From an uncultured archaeon (lineage in GTDB: Archaea > Asgardarchaeota > Hermodarchaeia > Hermodarchaeales > Hermodarchaeaceae), in NCBI GenBank assembly GCA_964347045.1, contig CAYFXC010000010.1, forward strand, positions 17,312-81,311: a stretch of 64,000 nt of DNA, given 5' to 3'. The position numbers and the translations under genes were made by a program. Each line of letters starts with the position of its first letter. Position 1 is the first letter of the stretch. Shown here one piece after another: positions 50,310-60,366 of the stretch. The notes below the pieces were generated by a model. It saw nothing but the letters and a program-made list of their open reading frames with translations, ran no database searches and was not told the DNA's origin.

Positions 50310-52268
50310 TTGAGCATGAAGACGGTGCGTTGCATGAAAGGGGCGCGACCAAAAATCCTTCCACTACTTCTCTCGCTGCTCCTAATTCCTTCCTTCACAA
50401 TATTTGGCACCTCATATGTTGTTTCTCAGCCAATTGACTCAATTCCTCAGACAAGGTTGTATAACCCATCACTGAACTTAACAAAAGTATCAAAGACACG
50501 CACACTATTGGCAAATGAAAATCCTCCACGAAACTGGACAGTACTTGTGTACATGGCAGCCGATAATGACCAGCATTTTCCCGCTTTTGATAACATTAAC
50601 GAAATGGAAATAGTTGGATCGACTCAACAAGTTAACATCATTGTATATGTTGACTTCCTAACCAATAGCACTCAATTTGGTGCAGGCGCTTATACTTTCA
50701 ATATTACGCGAGATTCACCCCTGGCCAATAGTTCAATCAATTCGCAACCACTAAACACACCACTTCCTACTGAACCAAACATGGGAGATCCCACAACTCT
50801 CCTTGCATTTATTCAATTTGCTCAGAACTATTCCCAAGCAGAACATTATATGCTGATAATCTGGGATAAGGGAACAGGCTACACCGGTGTTTGTTTTGAT
50901 GAAACCAGTGGGGGTGATCGTCTTCTTCCTCAGGAGATAGCTCTAGTTTTAGAAAATAATACTATTGAGCCGATCAGCATCACTGCCTTTGATGCTTCCC
51001 TCATGGGACAGATCGAACTAGCATATGAGCTTCAAGAAGGAACAGAATATATAATCTTCTCAGAAGAAACCATTCCAAATCAACATTTCCCCTATCATAC
51101 TTTTTTGAACAGCCTTATTCTTCAAGAAGATTCAAGTCCATTCCTGCTCGCAAAAGAAGTTGTTGACCGATATATCGAGGCTTATTCACCAGGCGGCACA
51201 TACTATTCTGATTTTTCTATTCCTCCATCAACTCTGTGCCTTTCGGTCATTAACACTTCCATGATGCCCACTGTCTTTACATGGTTTAATCAAGCCATTA
51301 ACTGGTTAAATACCAGCTATAATATATACAGGTCTTATTCTGGAATATGCAAATCAAGAGGTTTAACACAGCAATTTAGTGTCGCTCATTACATTGACTT
51401 AGGAACCTTCGCCTACCAATTACTACAATGGGTACCGGATCTAACGTTCCAAAATTTTGTTGAGAATCTCAGCATCAGTATTCAATCGGCAGTTTCTTAC
51501 CAATTGCACCTTTCGGGTTCACCCGGAGCTACTGGATTAGGCATTAATTTTAATTACTATGATCCAGTCCCACTTTCATTTCTCAATAACTCGGCCTATG
51601 AAGACGTTATTACCAAATTGTTTACACTTGGTGAAACTGCAGACACTTCAATTCTTTCATTATCATTAGGTCCCATTTTTGGTTATCTCGATGGAAAAGC
51701 CGACTCAGTATATTTTAGATTTTCTCCTCAAATCGCTGTTGAACACACTGTCATACTAACTGCTTTTCAAAACGTTGATGAAGACTTTGACCTTTATTTG
51801 TATGACAGTAATCTGAATTTATTAACACGAGCTGTTGGTATAACTTCAGATGAAGCTGTGCAATGGTCCCTAATTCCTGGACAACTTTACTATATCCAAA
51901 TTTTTTCAAATCCGAGAGCTGACATCACATATGGATTAGGTTCATTTGAAATCATAATTAATCCAAGTTTTCCAGTTAATCCAGCGTCAGTGGTAATACA
52001 GATTGGTATCTTTACCATTATTCTCTGCATCATTCTGTTCATTATATACATTATTTGGCGGAACTGGGAAAACATTAAACGGGCAATCGAAAGCTATCAA
52101 ATTAGGCGAATGGCAAAGCGGATCCAAACCGAAGCAACCACGGAAACTGGATCCCCAACTTCTACATCAACATGCGAAAAATGTAGCGAAGTATTACCTG
52201 AAGATGCAAAATTCTGTTCAAATTGTGGAGAAACCTTTGAAGAACCTTCAGAAAATCCCAAAGATTAA
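50310..52268 (+). CDS. Clostripain (C11)-like surface protein with PPC-like domain, TM and zinc ribbon; catalytic dyad absent
   Basis: WTVLVYMAADND, EPNMGDP, WDKG (normally WDHG), FDAS (normally FDAC), DFDLYLYD, TM, CEKC..FCSNCG. Confidence 0.85.
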   Translation: MSMKTVRCMKGARPKILPLLLSLLLIPSFTIFGTSYVVSQPIDSIPQTRLYNPSLNLTKVSKTRTLLANENPPRNWTVLVYMAADNDQHFPAFDNINEMEIVGSTQQVNIIVYVDFLTNSTQFGAGAYTFNITRDSPLANSSINSQPLNTPLPTEPNMGDPTTLLAFIQFAQNYSQAEHYMLIIWDKGTGYTGVCFDETSGGDRLLPQEIALVLENNTIEPISITAFDASLMGQIELAYELQEGTEYIIFSEETIPNQHFPYHTFLNSLILQEDSSPFLLAKEVVDRYIEAYSPGGTYYSDFSIPPSTLCLSVINTSMMPTVFTWFNQAINWLNTSYNIYRSYSGICKSRGLTQQFSVAHYIDLGTFAYQLLQWVPDLTFQNFVENLSISIQSAVSYQLHLSGSPGATGLGINFNYYDPVPLSFLNNSAYEDVITKLFTLGETADTSILSLSLGPIFGYLDGKADSVYFRFSPQIAVEHTVILTAFQNVDEDFDLYLYDSNLNLLTRAVGITSDEAVQWSLIPGQLYYIQIFSNPRADITYGLGSFEIIINPSFPVNPASVVIQIGIFTIILCIILFIIYIIWRNWENIKRAIESYQIRRMAKRIQTEATTETGSPTSTSTCEKCSEVLPEDAKFCSNCGETFEEPSENPKD

Positions 52269-54049
52269 TCTTTAATGAGCTGTTCGAGTTGTGTAATGAA
52301 CGCTTCTGCTTGTTTCATCCCAAGAGCCCAGAAATCCTCTTTTGAAATATCAAAATCTAGTTCAGCCGCAAGTTTCCGTGGCGAACTTGTGCTACCAGCA
52401 GAAAGTATTCGTTTGAGTTTTGGTACAAAGTCTTTGCCCTGTTCTTTGTAGAGCCGGTAAAGAGCAAACACAAAGAGATTAGCAAAGACATAGGGATAAT
52501 TGTATAACCGGAATCTTGGGATGTAATAATGCCCTTTGAAAGTCCACTCCCATTTGCTTTCCGGTAGCCATTCGACCGCGTTTCCGAACATCCTGTCACG
52601 CCCCTTAACCCAATATTTCGAAATGGTTTCGCCATCGAGATATTCACCTCTTTCAAAAGCAGCATACATATCTATTTCAAAGAAATAACGGGCTGAAACT
52701 TGGAAAACCGTTTGTCCAAATTCATCAAGCACACGAACGAGGACTTCGATTTTCTCATCGTTAGTCTTTGCTTCCTCAATAAGCTTGTCCGATAATAGAA
52801 GTTCCCCAAAGATACTGCCTACTTCAGCAATACACATTCCAATATCTGTGTTAATAGGTTTCAGCCCAGACATTAGATAATCATGAACTGCATGACCGTT
52901 TTCATGAACCAGAGTAAAAACTTCACTAAGTTTGCCATTATAACTCAATAAAATGAAAGCTGATTTGCCCGCGAGCCAAGGCGAGCAGAATGCTCCTTGT
53001 CGTTTTCCTTCACGAATCGCTCCATCAATCCTATTTTTATCAAACATATCTCTTACAACCTGAGCAAGCTCGGGATCAAACCCCTCGTAAGTGTCAACAG
53101 ATATTTGTTGGGCTTTTTTCCAATCAAAACTACGTTCTGGCATATTAGCTAGTGGGGTAACCACATCCCATTCTCCTAGTTTGGGTAAGTTCATGAGCTT
53201 TGCTTTTAGATGAAGATAACGCTGAAAGAGTGTTGAGTGATTATCAACTGTTTTCATTAACGCGTCAATCGTTTCAGAGTCAACATCGTTATCAATAAGA
53301 CTCTGAGTTCGTGGGGATGGCCATTTTCGTTTCTTACTCATTTCTACATGATCGCCAATAAGAGCCCGTGCACCGCTCGCCCAGATGATTTCGTCTTTTC
53401 CAAGACCTGTCCAAATAATACTCTTTGCAGCTTTGCGAACATCTCGATCAGAGTCTTCGAAGAGAGCATGGATTTGCGTAAACGGCATCTGTTTCATTTC
53501 GCCATCGATTTCGATTTCAAACATCCGCGTTGAAAGCCAGTCCCCACGAAGTTGTTGCCACGAATCAATGCCAAATTGATCTTTTTGAATAATAAGTTGT
53601 TCTTCCATTTCACTCAAAACATGTGGTACTTTGCGTTGGGCGATTTCAAGAACATGTTTGTATTCAGCAAGAACAGGATTATCAATAAGCTCCGGTCGGG
53701 CTGCAATCGCTTGTATAAGTTCAATCTCTGTGAAGGCAAGGAGTTGACCAATCTTTGAGTTCATCCTGCGTGCTAAATCTGCAGCTTGTTTGGCAGCATC
53801 ATCAAGAGAATTTGCAGCATAGCTAAGATATGAGTATTTGAAAGCGCCTTCGCGTTTTAGATAGTTATCTTGGGTTTTTTCAAGAAATGCTTTCAATTCT
53901 GTGGGATTAAGTTTGCGAATTTTTCCTTTGTATTCAATTGCCAGTTCTTCTGCGTCCTTGACAGCCTGATCCATCTGTATTTTGAGTTTGTCAAGCTTCG
54001 TTGAGGGAACCAATGGACTTAGGTCCCACACTGCACCTTTTACGGTCAT
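52265..54049 (-). CDS. pepF: M3B oligoendopeptidase F
   Basis: WDLSPL, GKRQGAFC, HENGHAVH, AEVGSIFGE, YNYPY. Confidence 0.9.
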   Translation of the reverse strand: MTVKGAVWDLSPLVPSTKLDKLKIQMDQAVKDAEELAIEYKGKIRKLNPTELKAFLEKTQDNYLKREGAFKYSYLSYAANSLDDAAKQAADLARRMNSKIGQLLAFTEIELIQAIAARPELIDNPVLAEYKHVLEIAQRKVPHVLSEMEEQLIIQKDQFGIDSWQQLRGDWLSTRMFEIEIDGEMKQMPFTQIHALFEDSDRDVRKAAKSIIWTGLGKDEIIWASGARALIGDHVEMSKKRKWPSPRTQSLIDNDVDSETIDALMKTVDNHSTLFQRYLHLKAKLMNLPKLGEWDVVTPLANMPERSFDWKKAQQISVDTYEGFDPELAQVVRDMFDKNRIDGAIREGKRQGAFCSPWLAGKSAFILLSYNGKLSEVFTLVHENGHAVHDYLMSGLKPINTDIGMCIAEVGSIFGELLLSDKLIEEAKTNDEKIEVLVRVLDEFGQTVFQVSARYFFEIDMYAAFERGEYLDGETISKYWVKGRDRMFGNAVEWLPESKWEWTFKGHYYIPRFRLYNYPYVFANLFVFALYRLYKEQGKDFVPKLKRILSAGSTSSPRKLAAELDFDISKEDFWALGMKQAEAFITQLEQLIKD

Positions 54050-54147
54050 AATAAAACGCTCACTCGTGAAATGTGCTTCAAGGTTAAAAGTTACATGGAT
54101 TAGTTATCTTCTGTCAAAAGCATAATGAGAAATGGCTAGCAGGTATA

Positions 54148-55680
54148 TTAGGTATTTAGTTGGTAACACATACCACTAAACTGATCAAAAATGTCACGAA
54201 ATGCTTTGTAGAGTTTATTATAAGTAACCACTCGTTCGGAGTCAGGGAACACTTCACGGTCATAGGAAAAAAGACGTTCAAGCTCATCAAAGGATTTGAA
54301 TTCACCCAGCGCAACAGCAGCGACTAGAGCAACTCCCACGGTACCGGCATCTTGCAGGGTTGTCACTCGTTTCAATGGAACATTGAGCACATCCGCGAAA
54401 ATCTGTATCCACAAATCACTCCTAGCTCCACCGCCGCAGATATTTAGTTTTTTGACAGTATGACCCATGCCTTCGAGCACTTCTTTGACCCAGCGGGTGT
54501 TATATGCCACGCCTTCAAGCACAGCGCGGACCATATGGGTGCGGTTATGGTCCAAGCTGAGATTCAAAAAAGCACTTCGGATAAAAGGATTGATGAATGG
54601 ACATCGCTCGCCAATGGGCCAAGGGAGATACAAGAGATTCCGACTTCCAGGTGGAACCTTTTTGGCCTGCTCAGTAACGAGATCATAAACATCAATATTC
54701 GAAGCTGACGCTTCTTTGATTTCAGCTGTGCATACATTATCAACTAGCCAAGACAAACATGACCCTGCGCTTTCCATGTGTCCAGTTAACAAGAGACGCC
54801 CTGGAATTGCACTTTCAACGGTTCCAGCCCCTGCCAAATCAAATTGTGGTTCATCTTGATGTTGAGCGATCCAACCCGAGGATCCGACATACAAATGTTT
54901 TTTCATAGGTCTGATTGCACCCGACCCAATAGGAACTGCCACCATATCTCCGCATCCGCAAACAACATGGGTTTCCGGAGACAAACCTAATTGCTTTGCT
55001 GCCTTAGAAGATAGGGTGCCCAATATATCCGTTGTTTTCTTAATTATTGAGAAGTGATCCAAAGAAAGTCCCAAACCTTCTTCAACAATTTCCGGTTCCG
55101 GTGTATGTGTGTCGACGCGAAAATAATTCCACAAACATGCATGACTCCAATCAGTGTAAAAGTCATCTAGCCCACACTGATAGAGAATCCAGTCTTTGAC
55201 ATCCACAAACTTGAATGCCTTCTTGAAAATTTGGGGTTCTTCATTTTTCACCCATAAAATTTTTGGCAAAGGATCCTTTGCAGATGCCACAGGAATGATG
55301 TTTTTCGCCAGCATATCCGGAATGGTAAACTGGTTCATAAGCGGAGTCACGTAGTCGACTGACCGAACATCAAGCCATAAAATAGTTTTGCGAAGGGGAC
55401 GCCCTTTACTATCCACTGGAATCACTGATGCCATCATCGCATCAACCGTAAATGCAATAATTGATTGAGGGTCAATCTTGGTTTGTTTAATTATTTCACG
55501 GGTCGTCGTAGTGATGGCATCCCAATAGACTTGGGGATCCTGCTCGGCCCATCGCTCTTGGGGGTACTCGACCTGATAGGCTTGTTGGACTGTACCTTGC
55601 ACACAGCCTTGCATGTCGATAATGCTTGATTTGGTGGCACTAGTCCCTAAATCACAGGCGAGAATATATCTATTAGACAT
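54148..55680 (-). CDS. FGGY carbohydrate kinase (xylulokinase-like)
   Basis: DLGTSATK, EQDP, WLDVRS, GERCP, RAVLEGV, GGGARS. Confidence 0.9.
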   Translation of the reverse strand: MSNRYILACDLGTSATKSSIIDMQGCVQGTVQQAYQVEYPQERWAEQDPQVYWDAITTTTREIIKQTKIDPQSIIAFTVDAMMASVIPVDSKGRPLRKTILWLDVRSVDYVTPLMNQFTIPDMLAKNIIPVASAKDPLPKILWVKNEEPQIFKKAFKFVDVKDWILYQCGLDDFYTDWSHACLWNYFRVDTHTPEPEIVEEGLGLSLDHFSIIKKTTDILGTLSSKAAKQLGLSPETHVVCGCGDMVAVPIGSGAIRPMKKHLYVGSSGWIAQHQDEPQFDLAGAGTVESAIPGRLLLTGHMESAGSCLSWLVDNVCTAEIKEASASNIDVYDLVTEQAKKVPPGSRNLLYLPWPIGERCPFINPFIRSAFLNLSLDHNRTHMVRAVLEGVAYNTRWVKEVLEGMGHTVKKLNICGGGARSDLWIQIFADVLNVPLKRVTTLQDAGTVGVALVAAVALGEFKSFDELERLFSYDREVFPDSERVVTYNKLYKAFRDIFDQFSGMCYQLNT

Positions 55681-55801
55681 GTAAAAGCCTCCCGCCGTAT
55701 TATGGGAGTGAACTGGAATAAAGGCTTATTCACTTTGAGTCTATGGACACCAATGAAATCATGTTAGATAAAATGAACGCAAACCCAGTCGCTATCTGAT
55801 T

Positions 55802-56899
55802 TTACGAATTGAGCGCTTCCTTAATGGTATTCACACAAGCTTTGTTTTGCTCTTGAGTTCCAACTGTTATTCGAATGAACTGACCATCTAAGCCAGCTTT
55901 TCCTGTATAATCGCGAACAATGATCCCTTCTTGAAGTAAATTCTGTGCTATTGTGTTTGAATCGGCGTTGGAAGCTGTAAATTGCGTAAGTACAAAATTG
56001 GTTTTCGAAGGAAAAGCTCTAACACCTGATAGTTGATTAAGAGCTTTTTCAAGATATTCACGACCAGTTTTGATTTCACGCTTTACAAAACCAAGATATT
56101 CTGAATCACCGAGAGCTGCCACAGCCGCAGCGGCAGTAATGCGATTGATAGGAAAATGGTACAAGACCTTTGAAAGGTATTCAGCAAGTTCAGGATTTGT
56201 GAGAGCGTATCCCAAGCGAAGCCCTGCAAATCCAAAGGCTTTCGCCATAGTACGAGTAATAATGAGATTGGAATGTTTATCGATGAAGTGAGCCAGGGTC
56301 GTGTCTGTGAAATCAAAGTATGCTTCGTCGACAATAATTAGCAGATCCAATTCAAGGAGGCGGCGAAATTCCATTTCAGGGATACAATTTCCCACTGGGT
56401 TATTTGGGCTTATTAGAATGACTTCTTTGGTGGCAGGAGTGATAGCCTCAATGACATGGTCAAGAGTCCATGAGTAATTGGGTGGGGGTCGTGGTACAGA
56501 TAGATCAGTGCCACCAAAGATGGCGAGGCGGAGACGATAAGGACCATAATCTGGTGGGACAAAGAGTACAACATCACCGGGATTTAAGAATCCATAATAG
56601 AAGGCATCAATGAAGTGAGTTGATCCGTTCCCAACTACAATTTGTGTGTCAGGAAACCCAGTATAAGCTGAGAGCGCTTGTTTGAGCTCATAATAAGAAG
56701 AGTCTGGGTAGAGATGCGCTTTATCTAGCTCATCAATGGCGGCCTGTCGAGCTTTGGGCGAAATACCAAATGGGAGTTCATTTCCCATAAGCCGAGCATA
56801 ATCGTTTCGAATCTCGTAGAGTAAACGGAGCTGCGCTGTTGGATTGTACGCGACACCAGTTTGGACATGTGATTTTAAAAGATGTGAAATGTCACCCAT
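55802..56899 (-). CDS. hisC: Histidinol-phosphate aminotransferase family
   Basis: GNE, YPD, GNGS, SPNNPVG, DEAY, RTMAKAFGFAGLRLGY, RITVG. Confidence 0.85.
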   Translation of the reverse strand: MGDISHLLKSHVQTGVAYNPTAQLRLLYEIRNDYARLMGNELPFGISPKARQAAIDELDKAHLYPDSSYYELKQALSAYTGFPDTQIVVGNGSTHFIDAFYYGFLNPGDVVLFVPPDYGPYRLRLAIFGGTDLSVPRPPPNYSWTLDHVIEAITPATKEVILISPNNPVGNCIPEMEFRRLLELDLLIIVDEAYFDFTDTTLAHFIDKHSNLIITRTMAKAFGFAGLRLGYALTNPELAEYLSKVLYHFPINRITAAAAVAALGDSEYLGFVKREIKTGREYLEKALNQLSGVRAFPSKTNFVLTQFTASNADSNTIAQNLLQEGIIVRDYTGKAGLDGQFIRITVGTQEQNKACVNTIKEALNS

Positions 56900-57051
56900 G
56901 ATACTTTCCCACCCAAACCAATAAGGGGAATAGGCTTTCTTTACACGAGACGCTTAAAGCCAATGGTTGTACCGAAAACAGAGCAAATCTGATGGTAGGA
57001 TTTTTACTTTATCCGGCTCGCTTTTAAACTGAATTCACTCTATTTTCCTTC

Positions 57052-58569
57052 ATGGCGGTTTATGACGAAATCATGGCAAAATATCGTGAGGCGGCGTTAA
57101 TAGGGTCGATCATCTCCGTCATGGATTGGGATACAGAATGCTACATACCACCTAAAGCGTATCCATTACGTGGAGAGCAGATGGGATTAATTCGCCAGAT
57201 GCGCCAACGTATGCTATCTAGCCATGAATTAGGAACATTACTTGACAAGGTGGAATCAGAAACTGAATTTGCGAAACTCGATGAGATACAAAAGCGAAAT
57301 ACCTACCTTGTGCGTCGGCAATATGATGTTATGGTAAAAATCCCTGAGGAACTTACTGTTGCATTATCAAAACAAGCTACAAAAACCATGAATATCTGGA
57401 AGCAAGCAAAAGCCAAAAACGATTGGAAACGTTTCCAACCTGAATTGACAGAACTTTTCAAGCTTCTTGAAAAACGAGGAGAAATCCTCATGGAAGTGCG
57501 TCAGACCCCAACAGTATATGATGCCCTAATTGATCTCTATGAGCCCAAAATGACACAAGATACAATATCTAAAGTCTTCAAAGAGCTGCGAAGAGATCTT
57601 ATTCCACTTGTCGACAAATACACGGTATTCGTAAAGGAAATGGACTTTTCATTCATGAATCGAAAAGTGTCACTGGATGCTCAACGAAAAATCTCCACAG
57701 CACTCTGCGATTTTATTCAGTATGATACTACCTCGAATCAGGCAGGTGGGCGAGTCGATGAAACCGAACATCCCTTTACTTCAGGTTATTACGACGATGT
57801 TCGAATAACCACACACTATTATGAGAATAACTTCGCAGCTTCATTCTACTCAGTATTACACGAAGGTGGTCACGCTATATATGAACAGAACTACCCACCC
57901 GATGGGAAATTCCAACCCTGGGGTGATGCACCTAGTTATGGTATTCACGAATCGCAGTCACGGTTTGTAGAAAATATGTTGGGGCGATCCAAAGAATTCA
58001 TCACCTTTTTCCTTCCAACACTTAACAAACTCACAAAGAACACCTTCAAAGACATTAATGTTGAGCAGATGACAAAAGCAGTGAACAAAGTGGAGCGCTC
58101 AAAAATTCGAATTGAAGCTGACGAAGTCACCTATTCTCTACATGTTATTATCCGCTTTGAAATAGAACGTGATTTATTCGTGAATAAAGTCAAAATTTCA
58201 GAGTTGCCTAGTGTATGGAATGAGAAATACGACCAATACCTTGGAGTAGAAATTGAAACTGACTCAGAAGGCGTCATGCAGGACACTCATTGGGCGTTAG
58301 GATATCATGGATATTTTCCCTGCTATGCCCTAGGGAATATCTATGGAGGTCAATTCCTCGCAGCGATGGAAAAGAAAATTCCCACCTGGTTAGATCTAGT
58401 GGCGTCCGGCAAATTCGGAGCCATCAAACAATGGCTAGTTGACAATGTACACCTCAAAGGGGATTTGTACGATCCTGAAGTTTTGCTCCACAAAATCACT
58501 GGTGAAGCATTAAATCCGAAACCCTTCGTTTATTACCTGACAGCCAAATACAAAAGTATCTTTGGCTAG
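57052..58569 (+). CDS. Carboxypeptidase M32 (Taq-like)
   Basis: HPFT, DVRITT, HEGGHAIYEQ, HESQSRF, IRIEADE, QDTHW. Confidence 0.95.
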   Translation: MAVYDEIMAKYREAALIGSIISVMDWDTECYIPPKAYPLRGEQMGLIRQMRQRMLSSHELGTLLDKVESETEFAKLDEIQKRNTYLVRRQYDVMVKIPEELTVALSKQATKTMNIWKQAKAKNDWKRFQPELTELFKLLEKRGEILMEVRQTPTVYDALIDLYEPKMTQDTISKVFKELRRDLIPLVDKYTVFVKEMDFSFMNRKVSLDAQRKISTALCDFIQYDTTSNQAGGRVDETEHPFTSGYYDDVRITTHYYENNFAASFYSVLHEGGHAIYEQNYPPDGKFQPWGDAPSYGIHESQSRFVENMLGRSKEFITFFLPTLNKLTKNTFKDINVEQMTKAVNKVERSKIRIEADEVTYSLHVIIRFEIERDLFVNKVKISELPSVWNEKYDQYLGVEIETDSEGVMQDTHWALGYHGYFPCYALGNIYGGQFLAAMEKKIPTWLDLVASGKFGAIKQWLVDNVHLKGDLYDPEVLLHKITGEALNPKPFVYYLTAKYKSIFG

Positions 58570-58699
58570 AAGCATGATTGGATTTGAAAAAGTAATGATA
58601 GAATTTGCGCACACATTAGAGAAAAGGAAAAGGGACCCGTGCCCAGTTGCTCGAGCCCCCATTTGTTATGGGCACGTTCAAGTTTCTTAGTGAGCGTCT

Positions 58700-58792
58700 T
58701 TAGTTGCGACAAGCAAACCAATAGATGTACTTGACGCGATCTGCTTGCATTTGAGTCTTGTTCGCGCCATGAGGATAATTATATTTGTGCAT
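58700..58792 (-). CDS. 30-aa peptide ORF within a small structured transcript
   Basis: TTAAATA box, GGTGA SD, MHKYNYPHGANKTQMQADRVKYIYWFACRN, then a CGTGCCCA/TGGGCACG hairpin and TTTTCCTTTT. Confidence 0.45.
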   Translation of the reverse strand: MHKYNYPHGANKTQMQADRVKYIYWFACRN

Positions 58793-58870
58793 TTTGTGTG
58801 TCACCGATGAAAGCCTAGCCCAACGTCTTATTTAAGGCGGACTCACCTTTTGGGCTCACTTTGAGAGGTC

Positions 58871-58898
58871 GCATAATGTTACTTTACTCACATTTTGC
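58871..58898. repeat. 11-6-11 inverted repeat (dif-like)
   Basis: GCATAATGTTA-CTTTAC-TCACATTTTGC (9/11 complementary). Confidence 0.5.
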
Positions 58899-59016
58899 TA
58901 ATTCTGATAAATCCAGAGAATGATTCATATTGTGAGGTTCTTTCATACACTCCTCGTTACTATTGGAGCGAATTGATGTCTTAGAAATTCATGAGACTTC
59001 TAAAGGAGGTCAACAA

Positions 59017-59409
59017 TTGAAAAAGAAAGGTGATCTTTCACCAGAGCCAAAAAACGTTGATTCTTACATTGCCAATTCAGGCAGCGAAGCCCGCCCAATA
59101 CTTGAAGAACTCCGGAAAATAATAAAATCCACTATTCCAAAAGCAGAAGAAGGAATAAGCTACAACGTGCCAATCTACAACTATCACGGTATTCTTGCAG
59201 GATTTGCCGTATACAAGAACCACGTTAGCTTTGGCTTTGGAGCGGACGTGCTTCAAAATAGAGATCGCAAAATGCTTGAAGAAAAAGGTTACAAAACCGG
59301 AAAAGGAACCATGCAAATCAAGTTCGACCAAGAAGTGCCGACCACAGCGATAAAGCAAATTCTAAAAGCAAAAGCAAAAATGAATGAAGCCAAAAGAGCG
59401 ATAAAATAA
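59017..59409 (+). CDS. DUF1801/YdhG family protein
   Basis: VDSYI, ELRKII....P.AEEGISYNVP.Y, FAVYKNHV, GKGTMQ; AAGGAGGT SD before TTG 59017. Confidence 0.9.
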   Translation: MKKKGDLSPEPKNVDSYIANSGSEARPILEELRKIIKSTIPKAEEGISYNVPIYNYHGILAGFAVYKNHVSFGFGADVLQNRDRKMLEEKGYKTGKGTMQIKFDQEVPTTAIKQILKAKAKMNEAKRAIK

Positions 59410-59560
59410 GCTTTAAATCAAGATTAATAATTCTCGATGCATACAGACGCATTAAAGAATCGCTCAATACTGAGCTGTTTCGGATTTTTTAGTTGCCCTC
59501 TTCAACAGAGCATATCATTTTTAATATGTGGCACTAAATTTTCATTAGGAGGTTTGATGA

Positions 59561-59977
59561 ATGGAAAGGGGTCAGGTTGCTCAAAATTTAATAATAGTTG
59601 GCATTATCCTAAGCGCCTTGTCCATGGCATACGGCGCTTTTGGCGCAGGAATTTTCACTCGTTCTCTCTTTGAAGGTTCTCCATTTCTAGGTTTTGTGAA
59701 TATAGGCGTGTTCCTCGCCTTCATACATGGTTATATGGTATTAGCTAGTTTCATATTAGGAGTACTTTTACCCATTAGTTTCTTGAAATCAATTACCTTA
59801 AAACAGATGAAATTCGCCACAACTCTTTTGCTGGTTTGTGCAATTACGATATTCGTTCATTTTGGGTTGGTTTCTTTTGCATCCTTTTTCATAATTGGCG
59901 ACCAGAGTAATCTTATCTACTTAGGTGTATTAATTGGAGCAATTCTTTACATCTTCGCTGGATTCTTGAATGTATAG
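59561..59977 (+). CDS. 4-TM membrane protein
   Basis: Four hydrophobic segments; AGGAGG SD. Confidence 0.75.
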   Translation: MERGQVAQNLIIVGIILSALSMAYGAFGAGIFTRSLFEGSPFLGFVNIGVFLAFIHGYMVLASFILGVLLPISFLKSITLKQMKFATTLLLVCAITIFVHFGLVSFASFFIIGDQSNLIYLGVLIGAILYIFAGFLNV

Positions 59978-60038
59978 GAGGAGTTCAAAAAATCTGAGCA
60001 CTACCATGAATACTGTTTCAATCTAAACACCAGAAATC

Positions 60039-60083
60039 ACATAATGTGAGTAAATGTAGATGTTGAGGTCACATTATGTAACT
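60039..60083. repeat. Perfect 11-bp inverted repeat, related to 58865-58898
   Basis: ACATAATGTGA-N19-TCACATTATGT; GAGGTCACATTATGTAACT matches 58865-58883 at 16/19. Confidence 0.6.
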
Positions 60084-60207
60084 ATACTGCTATGTCGCTA
60101 ACAGACCAAAAATCATTAACAAAAAAGAGTTCTTTGTAACGAGTATCTAGTTGATTTCATTTAGAAAAATTCAAAATATCCGCCTATCCTGAATTTAGCC
60201 AGAACAC

Positions 60208-60366
60208 TTACTCTTTTCGTCCTTTTGCAATTGAGATTAACCCCAAAATTGCGAAAACTGTACCACCAGAATATCCTCCAAGGGGATTTATAATTGGCAT
60301 GAAAATGAAGAATATTGCTGCCAAAATCACGAGTATTATTCCAATCAATACCTTTCCTTTGTTCAT
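60208..60366 (-). CDS. 52-aa 2-TM protein (below ORF-track cutoff)
   Basis: MNKGKVLIGIILVILAAIFFIFMPIINPLGGYSGGTVFAILGLISIAKGRKE; GGGTGTGA SD-like sequence. Confidence 0.7.
   Translation of the reverse strand: MNKGKVLIGIILVILAAIFFIFMPIINPLGGYSGGTVFAILGLISIAKGRKE

Noticed and set aside
58638-58830. Canonical integron attC sites (GCCCAAC, GTTATGG)
   Set aside because: The R''/R' boxes do not enclose one long palindrome in the right order; no intI in the window.
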